NCBI GenBank assembly: GCA_043768465.1
Contig: JAYVKL010000045.1
Location: 342-64,341 of the forward strand
Reading direction: 5' to 3'
Source: Pyrinomonadaceae bacterium
GTDB taxonomy: Bacteria; Acidobacteriota; Blastocatellia; Pyrinomonadales; Pyrinomonadaceae
Length of the DNA stretch: 64,000 nucleotides
Positions 26,541-33,466 of this stretch are shown in pieces. Numbering within the stretch: the stretch's first letter is position 1; the number at the start of each line of letters is the position of its first letter. Both the position numbers and the translations under genes were made by a program. Below the pieces are notes generated by a model. The model made no database searches and was not told the origin of the DNA. It saw only the letters and a list, made by a program, of their open reading frames with translations.

Positions 26541-27743
26541 CTATTTTGAAGCCCGTTCATTCTCGCCGACGATATAGCTGTTTTTCGCGCGCACGACTAA
26601 ATTCGGGCGTTTGACGCGGACGCGAATGGCTTTGCGCTCGCCCTTCGCGCCGACCGTTTCCGGGTAATATCCCAAAGAATACTGGCGGCGCAGTTCCTCG
26701 GCGATGCCGGAAAACGCCGCGTCCAGATTGTTGTTCGCTTCAAATTTTCTGCCGCCGCTGCTGCGCGCCAACGCTTCCAGATATTGTCTGCCCGTTTCAT
26801 ATTCGGCGCGTGTTCCGCCGCCGCCGCCGCTCGGAAAATTGCCGCCGTTGATTCCGATAGTGCCGCCGCTTAAAATATCGCCGAGAATGCCGCCCCAGCC
26901 GCCGCCGCGCCGCTGGCGTGGATACGGACTCGGATAATTGCCGCCGCTGCCGGCTCCCATTTCCGTCGAAGTATCGTAGCGCACCGGAAAGAAAAGGGCT
27001 TCGGTTTCTTCGGCGGCGCGGATGCTGCTTTGATAATCAGCCCGCCTCGAGGTCGTATCCACGCCGTCGGTGAACAAAACGACCGCCTTGCGTCCTTCGA
27101 TGCGCGTCAGTTCCCGATTGATAACGTAATCAACCGCTTCGTAAAGCGATGTGCCGTCGCCGAATCGCGTCCGTCGAATCGCATTTCTGAGCGCGTTGCG
27201 ATTGTTCGTCGCCGGACTCAGGATATTGACTTTCTCGTCAAACGAAATCACCATCACTTTATCGTTTCTCCCCAATTGGTCAACGAAAGCGATTGCCGCG
27301 TCCTGAATTTCATTGATTTGAAACTTCGTCGAAGGGCTGACATCGAGCATCAAAATCACCGTAAACGGAACTTCGACCGAATTGAAACTGTCAATCTGCT
27401 GCTGTTTGCCGTTCTCGAAAATCTGGAAATCCTCTTTTTTCAAGCCGGTGATAAATCTGCCTTCGCGGTCAATCACCGAGACGGGAAAAGTTACGAGATT
27501 CGTTTCAATCTTAATAACATCGTTGTCTTCCTCGATCACTTCGGCATTCGCCGGCGCGGGCGGCGCGGGCTTTCTCACCTCGCCCTTCAAAACCGGCGGC
27601 TGTTTTGCCGCCGTCGGATTTGGCGAATCGCTCGACGGCGCGGGATTCGGCACGATACGCGGGCGCGTCGAACGTGCGGTTTGCGCCGCCACCGGCAGCA
27701 GAAAAACCCCCAAACACACTAAAATAACGGCGTATCTTTTCAT
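26541..27743 (-). CDS. Secreted VWA domain protein
   Basis: Start placed at ATG 27743 (MKRYAVILVCLGVFLLPVAAQ signal peptide). VWA core (VILMLDVSPST ... VVLFTDGVDT) and a Gly-rich segment. Same architecture as 257-1402. Confidence 0.8.
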   Translation of the reverse strand: MKRYAVILVCLGVFLLPVAAQTARSTRPRIVPNPAPSSDSPNPTAAKQPPVLKGEVRKPAPPAPANAEVIEEDNDVIKIETNLVTFPVSVIDREGRFITGLKKEDFQIFENGKQQQIDSFNSVEVPFTVILMLDVSPSTKFQINEIQDAAIAFVDQLGRNDKVMVISFDEKVNILSPATNNRNALRNAIRRTRFGDGTSLYEAVDYVINRELTRIEGRKAVVLFTDGVDTTSRRADYQSSIRAAEETEALFFPVRYDTSTEMGAGSGGNYPSPYPRQRRGGGWGGILGDILSGGTIGINGGNFPSGGGGGTRAEYETGRQYLEALARSSGGRKFEANNNLDAAFSGIAEELRRQYSLGYYPETVGAKGERKAIRVRVKRPNLVVRAKNSYIVGENERASK

Positions 27744-27886
27744 AACTTCTGAATTCTCCAAACAATTATCGTCGGCGTTGGGAAGAGAATTTTTTGATTG
27801 TCGTTTGGTGTTTTTAGATGTCTTAAACTTTCGTTTCGGCAAGTTGAGTCAGGATTAAGCCGTAAGTTTTCATAAAGTCGGAACGA

Positions 27887-28996
27887 TTATCTTTCGTCCA
27901 GCATTTCCGCCGCTAATTCGTGAAACCGGCGGCGCACGGCATTGATGTTGGCGAACGGCAGTTCGCGGGCGTGCGTGCGGTTGGTCAGCAAAATAAAAAT
28001 CCGTTCGCTTTCCGGCTCAATCCACAGCGAAGTTCCCGTAAAACCTAAATGCCCGAAACTGTCTTTTGATAAAGCGTCCGAAGCCGTCGAATCTTTCGTC
28101 GCGCCGAGTTGAAACGCGATGGAACGCGCTTCGTTCAAATTCGGCGTGAAATTCGTGCGAAACAATTCGCACGTTTCCGGCTTTAGCAGAGTCGTCTGAT
28201 TCGCCAGAAACTGTTGCGCGATTACGAAAGTTTCAAACGCCGTTGAAAAAAGTCCGGCGTGTCCCGAAACGCCGTTCATAAAATAGCAATTGCCGTCGTG
28301 AACTTCGCCCCAAATCTGATATTCGCGCCATTTATATTTTGAAATGTCGAAACCTTTTTCAACGCACATTTGCTTTTCGTATTCATTCCCCTTTTCGCTG
28401 GCGGCGATTCTCTTTTGTAATTCAGGCGGCGGGTTATAAAAAGTATTTTGCAAAGCTAAAGGCGCGAAAACTTTTCTTTCAGCAATTTTGTCAATTCTTT
28501 CGCCACAGAGTCTTTCAAGTAAAAACGTCAAGGTTATAAAATTCAGATCGCTATATGTAACTGTCTGCTGATCCCAATTGAAAGGCGTTCTAATAATTTC
28601 CGCGAGAACTTCTGCACGATTTCTAGCTGATAAGTAAAAAGGTTTCCAAGCCGTATAGAAGGATTTATGCCCAAGCAATTCCTCAATTAGAACATCGTTT
28701 ATAAAGTTGCAGTTCAATTCAAATTCAGACAAATAAAAATCAATAAATTTTTCTAAATGCAGTTCGCCGCGTTCGATCAATTTCGCGCACAGCAAACCCG
28801 TTACGAGCGGTTTCGTCAAACTCGCCAAATCGTAAATCGTATCGAGATTCGCCGCAATTTTTTCCGGTTCGACAACAGCGAAACCGAGCGCATCGGTGAA
28901 AACGACTGCGCCTTTTTCCGCGACGAGATAGACGGCGGACGGGAAATCCTTCGCTTCGATGCGCGATTGCAGAAAGTCGGAAATTCTATTTTCCAT
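27887..28996 (-). CDS. Serine hydrolase, beta-lactamase/transpeptidase-like family
   Basis: SxxK motif in IYDLASLTKPLV. C-terminal HLGFTGTSLW (KTG-like region). The central ~95 codons (DNA ~28480-28770) are visibly AT-rich. Confidence 0.8.
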   Translation of the reverse strand: MENRISDFLQSRIEAKDFPSAVYLVAEKGAVVFTDALGFAVVEPEKIAANLDTIYDLASLTKPLVTGLLCAKLIERGELHLEKFIDFYLSEFELNCNFINDVLIEELLGHKSFYTAWKPFYLSARNRAEVLAEIIRTPFNWDQQTVTYSDLNFITLTFLLERLCGERIDKIAERKVFAPLALQNTFYNPPPELQKRIAASEKGNEYEKQMCVEKGFDISKYKWREYQIWGEVHDGNCYFMNGVSGHAGLFSTAFETFVIAQQFLANQTTLLKPETCELFRTNFTPNLNEARSIAFQLGATKDSTASDALSKDSFGHLGFTGTSLWIEPESERIFILLTNRTHARELPFANINAVRRRFHELAAEMLDER

Positions 28997-29018
28997 TAGT
29001 TTTTATTAATTTTGGAAT

Positions 29019-29113
29019 GCCCGGCTTCGTTCAGAGTCCACGCTTAAGCGTGTTTCCGCCGCGCTTCGCTGGCGGAAGAACAAACTAAAGTTTGGACTCT
29101 GAACGAAGCAGGC
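29019..29113 (-). repeat. Rep-A element copy D (inverted orientation; best-preserved copy)
   Basis: gcccggcttcgttcagagtcca-CGCTTAAGCGTG-tttCCGCCGCGCTTCGCTGGCGGaagaa-CAAACTAAAGTTTG-gactctgaacgaagcaggc. Confidence 0.85.
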
Positions 29114-29145
29114 AACTTGACTCTCAAAACTAAATTTACAAAACT

Positions 29146-30144
29146 CTAAACATTCAAACGACTGCGATGCTTTTCGATTTTGTCCAATACGCCCAACGCC
29201 AAACTCAAGGCGCGTCTGCCGTCTTCGGCGGTAATCGGCGGCGTTTTATCATTGGTGATGCAATCCAAAAACGCCGTAATTTCGGCGCGGAGCGGTTCGA
29301 CATCAACGATTTCCAAGCGATTGACCGAGATTCCGAGTAGCGGATGAATCGCGTTCGGCGCGAGTGATGTCACGGACGCGAATTTCGTCGCGTAATCTAA
29401 AACGACGTAAGAATTCGTTTGATAAAAGCGCGTTTTGCGAATCTTTTCCGTGCCGATTCTGGAAGCCGTGATGTTGGCGACCGCGCCGTTTTCAAACTCG
29501 ATGCGGGCGTTCGCAGCATCAACTTTGTCGGAAATAACCGGAATGCCGACGGCGTGAATTTCGGAAACTTTGACATCTTCGCCGACCAGCCACTGAACCG
29601 CGTCCAAATCGTGAATCATCACGTCCAACACGACATCAACATCCAAACTGCGATTCGGAAATGGCGAAACGCGATGAATCTCGAAATATAACGGGCGATC
29701 AACGTGCGGGCGCAGCGCGATCATCGCCGGATTGAATCTTTCCAAATGCCCGACCATCAGTTTCGCGCCGGATTTGGCGGCGGCGGCAATCATCAAATCG
29801 GCTTCATCCAGAGTTTTCGCAAACGGCTTTTCGACCAATACGTTCACACCGTTTTCGAGAAACGCGCAGGCGATTTCGCAATGCGTTTCAGTCGGCGTAA
29901 CGATGGAAACCGCATCAACTTTACCAATCATTTCGCGCCAATCGGTGAAAAACGCGCAGTTGTTTTTCTCGCCAATCGAACGCGCATTTTCTTCGTGTTT
30001 ATCGCAAACGCCGACGAATTCACTGTCGCCGTTTTGAGCGATTTCCGCGTAATTGCGGGCGTGATGCTGACCGAGCGAGCCGACCCCGACGACGGCGGTT
30101 TTTTGAATCTGGAATTTGGAATCTGGAATCTGTATTTCGTGCAT
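29146..30144 (-). CDS. Gfo/Idh/MocA-family NAD(P)-dependent oxidoreductase
   Basis: Rossmann motif VVGVGSLGQHHARNY, EKPFAKTLDEADLM and a C-terminal GFO_IDH_MocA_C-like region. The first 14 codons are encoded by GGAATCT-type heptamers (HEIQIPDSKFQIQ). Confidence 0.85.
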   Translation of the reverse strand: MHEIQIPDSKFQIQKTAVVGVGSLGQHHARNYAEIAQNGDSEFVGVCDKHEENARSIGEKNNCAFFTDWREMIGKVDAVSIVTPTETHCEIACAFLENGVNVLVEKPFAKTLDEADLMIAAAAKSGAKLMVGHLERFNPAMIALRPHVDRPLYFEIHRVSPFPNRSLDVDVVLDVMIHDLDAVQWLVGEDVKVSEIHAVGIPVISDKVDAANARIEFENGAVANITASRIGTEKIRKTRFYQTNSYVVLDYATKFASVTSLAPNAIHPLLGISVNRLEIVDVEPLRAEITAFLDCITNDKTPPITAEDGRRALSLALGVLDKIEKHRSRLNV

Positions 30145-30236
30145 AATTGAAAGTCGAATCTATTTCAGCGATACTTTCATTTTCATTGATGCTGTCGAGA
30201 ATTACAAAAACCGAACATTGATTCGTTGAGCCGCCG

Positions 30237-31988
30237 ATGACGGAAAATCCAAAATCCAAAATCCAAAATCCAGGATCCAGAATCCTTTGGCTGCTGTTCG
30301 CGTTGCTGATTGTCTTCGTCTATTTTTTCGGCTTGACGCTTCCGCTGTTGGGTCCCGACGAACCGCGTTACGCGCAGGTCGCCCGCGAAATGTATTTGCG
30401 CGGCGATTGGATTACGCCGACGCTCGGCGGTTTCGACTGGTTTGAAAAACCCGCGCTGCTTTACTGGCTCGAAATCGCGTCGTATAAAATCTTCGGCGTT
30501 TCGGAGTTTGCGGCGCGTTTCGGTTCGGCGGTTTTCGGGTTGGGAACGATTGCCTGTTTGTGGATTTTGGGGAAATCGGTTTCAGGTTTCAGGTTTCAGG
30601 TTTCAGGTGAAAAGATAGAAATCCTAAAGCAAACGTCTGAAATTCAGAAACCAGAAACCAGAGACCTGGAACCAGAAACCAGAAACCTGAAACCTGAAAC
30701 CAGAAACCTGAAACCTGAAACCTCCGTTTTTGCCAATTGGCTGGCTTTGATCGCCGCGTCATCAATTGGTTTGATCGTCTTTTCACGCGGCGCGAGTTTC
30801 GATATTATCCTCACTTTTCCGATTACCGCTGCGCTGGTTTGCTATTTTCTTTTTGAATCTTTGCTCCAAAAGCATTATTTTTGCGCCGTCCCGAATTCAA
30901 TTGTTCTTTCGAAATCTACGGCGGCAAACCTGATCGCTGCCGCGCCGCCGATTGCCTGGGCGAGCTTGTTTCTCGCCGGTTTTTACTTTTTTATCGGTTT
31001 CGCATTGCTTGCCAAAGGCCTGATCGGGTTGATTTTCCCGCTTACCATCGTGTTTTTTTATCACCTTCTGAAGTTTGAACTGCTGCCGGGCAAAGTATTT
31101 CTCATCAGTCTGATTTGGGGAACGATTATCAGTTTGCTCGTCGCGTCAATCTGGTATCTGCCGATGTATCGGGCGCACGGCTGGAAGTTCGTGGACGAGT
31201 TTTTTATCCAGCATCAATTTCAGCGTTTCACGTCCGACAAATATCAGCATCAGCAGCCGTTCTGGTTTTTCTTCGTCGTTCTGCCGCTGATGACTTTGCC
31301 GTGGCTGCCGTTTTTTCTGGCTTCGATCTGGAATTTTTTCAAGGTTCAAGGTTCAAGGTTTAAAGTTCAAAGTTCAAGATTTAATGTTCAAGGTTCAAAT
31401 AATCTCTCGACTCTCGACTCTCGCCTCGCTCCTTTCGCCTTCGCGTGGCTCGCCGTGCCGCTCGTTTTTTTCTCGCTTTCCGGCTCGAAACTTCCCGGCT
31501 ATATTTTGCCGGCACTGCCCGGCGCAATCGTTTTAACGGCGATTTATGTGGCTGATTTTGTGCGGAAATCGCGGACGCGAACGCGTGTTTTGCAGATTGC
31601 GGCAGCTTCGACTTTTCTATTCGTCTTCGTCGGTCTGCAATTTTTCGCGGCGGATTATACAAATTACGAAACCGTCAAAAATATGATTGCGGCGGCGGAT
31701 GCCAAAGGCTTTGCCGATGCCGAATTCGTCAGTCTCTACACGGTTTCGCACAATCTCGAATTCTACGCCGCCGGCAGATTAGAACGCGACGCGGACGGCA
31801 AACTCAAACGCTACGACGATTTTTCCGTGTTGATAAAAGCGGTCAAAACGGCAGGCGACCAACGAATTTTAGTCGTCGTGCCGCAAGCCAATGTGCCGAA
31901 TCTGCAAAAGGAAAACGACTTGGCGGACATCGAAACGATTGCCGAAAACGGCGAATCAGCGATTATCTTGATTAAGCCGAAACGGTAA
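30237..31988 (+). CDS. Glycosyltransferase family 39 (ArnT/PMT-like) membrane protein
   Basis: GPDEPRYAQVAREMYLRGDWITP signature and more than 10 TM helices. Carries three heptamer-tract-encoded segments (N-terminus, 30577-30725 and 31340-31429). Confidence 0.8.
   Translation: MTENPKSKIQNPGSRILWLLFALLIVFVYFFGLTLPLLGPDEPRYAQVAREMYLRGDWITPTLGGFDWFEKPALLYWLEIASYKIFGVSEFAARFGSAVFGLGTIACLWILGKSVSGFRFQVSGEKIEILKQTSEIQKPETRDLEPETRNLKPETRNLKPETSVFANWLALIAASSIGLIVFSRGASFDIILTFPITAALVCYFLFESLLQKHYFCAVPNSIVLSKSTAANLIAAAPPIAWASLFLAGFYFFIGFALLAKGLIGLIFPLTIVFFYHLLKFELLPGKVFLISLIWGTIISLLVASIWYLPMYRAHGWKFVDEFFIQHQFQRFTSDKYQHQQPFWFFFVVLPLMTLPWLPFFLASIWNFFKVQGSRFKVQSSRFNVQGSNNLSTLDSRLAPFAFAWLAVPLVFFSLSGSKLPGYILPALPGAIVLTAIYVADFVRKSRTRTRVLQIAAASTFLFVFVGLQFFAADYTNYETVKNMIAAADAKGFADAEFVSLYTVSHNLEFYAAGRLERDADGKLKRYDDFSVLIKAVKTAGDQRILVVVPQANVPNLQKENDLADIETIAENGESAIILIKPKR
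30577..30725. repeat. Heptamer-arm hairpin (GGTTTCA / TGAAACC) lying in frame inside the GT39 CDS
   Basis: cggtttcaggtttcaggtttcaggtttcaggtg ... cagaaaccagaaaccagagacctggaaccagaaaccagaaacctgaaacctgaaaccagaaacctgaaacctgaaacc. It translates as [11 protein letters not shown]...KPETRDLEPETRNLKPETRNLKPET. Confidence 0.9.
31340..31429. repeat. Tandem GGTTCAA-type heptamers plus CTCTCGA units, in frame inside the GT39 CDS
   Basis: caaggttcaaggttcaaggtttaaagttcaaagttcaagatttaatgttcaaggttcaaat...ctctcgactctcgactctcgc. It translates as KVQGSRFKVQSSRFNVQGSNNLSTLDSRL. Confidence 0.85.
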
Positions 31989-32020
31989 AAGTTAAGCAGG
32001 TGAACAGAAATAACCCGTTG

Positions 32021-32124
32021 TTTTGCTTCGTTCAGAGTCCAAACGCGAAACGCAATTTGTCTTCGTCCGCCAGCGAAGCGCGGCGGAAACACGCTGGAGG
32101 CGTGGACTCTGAACGAAGACCAAA
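32021..32124 (+). repeat. Rep-A element copy E
   Basis: ttttgcttcgttcagagtcca-AACGCGAAACGCAATTTG-..CCGCCAGCGAAGCGCGGCGG..-CACGCTGGAGGCGTG-gactctgaacgaagaccaaaa. Confidence 0.8.
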
Positions 32125-32301
32125 ATATCTCGGAACTTTCAACTAGAGCAGATTGCGAATTAGTGTCTGGCAGACTGTTAGTCTGCCGCATATTTTTGAC
32201 GGAAATTTCGATGGTAGCAGACTAACAGTCTGTCATACATTCGATCCAAATTTGATCGAAATGATTATCAGCCGTTCCGAATCTGCCGCAAAAACGTCGT
32301 T

Positions 32302-33282
32302 TCAATTTTGCGCCGCCCGTTTCAATCTGTCCGTTAAAGCCGCGCCGATTCCCGCATCCGCCACTGTTTCGCAATAAATCGTCTTGATATTCCGTCGGTC
32401 GCATTCCCGAAAAAAGGCGAAAACTTCGTGCGCGTATTCGTCAACCGACGCGCAAATTTTCACCGAATCAAACGGCTGATGCGGTTCATTTAATCCGATA
32501 AACGCGCTTGATCTGGAATCTGAAATCTGAAATCTGGAATCTGGAATTAAAACTACTCGCGCCGTCGGCGAATAATGACGATGTTTCAAACCCGGACTTT
32601 TCGGCGTTTCATCATTTCCGGCTTGATAATTTCGCGTTTCTGGAACGATCCTCTGCAAATCGCGCAGTGAAATCGCGCCGCTTCGCAAAACCAGAGGCGC
32701 GTTCGCAGTGCAGTCAACGACGGTTGACTCCAATCCGATTTCCGTCATTGCTCCCTTCAGAATGCAGTCAATCACACCGTCTAAATCTTCAAACACGGCT
32801 TGCCACGTCGTCGGCGAAGGCTTGCCCGAAAGATTTGCCGACGGCGCAACAATTGGCGTTTCGCAAGCCGTCAGGAATTCCCGCGCCAGTTCACTGCGCG
32901 GCATTCGCACGCCGATTGTTTCGAGATTCGCCGTCGCAAGCAAAGGCACTCGCGCCGCTTTCGGTAACACTAAAGTCAAAGGCGCGGGGAAAAACGCCGC
33001 GATAAACTTCTCCGCCGACGGCGTAACTTCGGAAACAAGAAGCTTGATTTGTTCCAGACTTCCGACGTGCGCGATCAGCGGATTATCGTTCGGTCGCCGT
33101 TTCGCCGCAAAAATTTTAGCAATCGCCGCCGCATCGAAAACATCTGCGCCCAAACCGTAAACCGTTTCGGTCGGAAACGCGACGATGCCGCCGCTTTTAA
33201 TAAATTCGGCGGCTTCAGTCGGCGATTCGGTTAGGACGGTTTTCATTTTCACAGTTAAAACTTTTACGACTTCATTATCCAT
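32302..33282 (-). CDS. L-threonylcarbamoyladenylate synthase (Sua5/YwlC type, YrdC domain + Sua5 C-domain)
   Basis: GGIVAFPTETVYGLGADVFD and IAHV motifs. The inter-domain linker contains the heptamer-encoded IPDSRFQISDSRSS (DNA 32510-32547). An alternative start is ATG 33246 (MKTVLTES...). Confidence 0.85.
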   Translation of the reverse strand: MDNEVVKVLTVKMKTVLTESPTEAAEFIKSGGIVAFPTETVYGLGADVFDAAAIAKIFAAKRRPNDNPLIAHVGSLEQIKLLVSEVTPSAEKFIAAFFPAPLTLVLPKAARVPLLATANLETIGVRMPRSELAREFLTACETPIVAPSANLSGKPSPTTWQAVFEDLDGVIDCILKGAMTEIGLESTVVDCTANAPLVLRSGAISLRDLQRIVPETRNYQAGNDETPKSPGLKHRHYSPTARVVLIPDSRFQISDSRSSAFIGLNEPHQPFDSVKICASVDEYAHEVFAFFRECDRRNIKTIYCETVADAGIGAALTDRLKRAAQN

Positions 33283-33335
33283 TATCCATTATCCGTTTTC
33301 CATTTCGCCGCCGCTTTCGTTAAAGTTTATAGAAG

Positions 33336-33450
33336 TTACGCGAGTTGAAAATTAAAGGGATATTTTAACAGGATGGACAGGATGAACAGGATCAGCAGAC
33401 AATTCGGCAAGTCTCCTGTCCATCCTGTTAGTTTTCTTTCAACTGCATAA
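33336..33450. repeat. Rep-C element copy 2
   Basis: TTACGCGAGTTGAAaattaaagggatattttaacaggatggacaggatgaacaggat...ctcctgtccatcctgttagttttcTTTCAACTGCATAA. The interior is a CAGGATG-unit hairpin. Confidence 0.75.
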
Positions 33451-33466
33451 CTCGTAATTTAACCAA

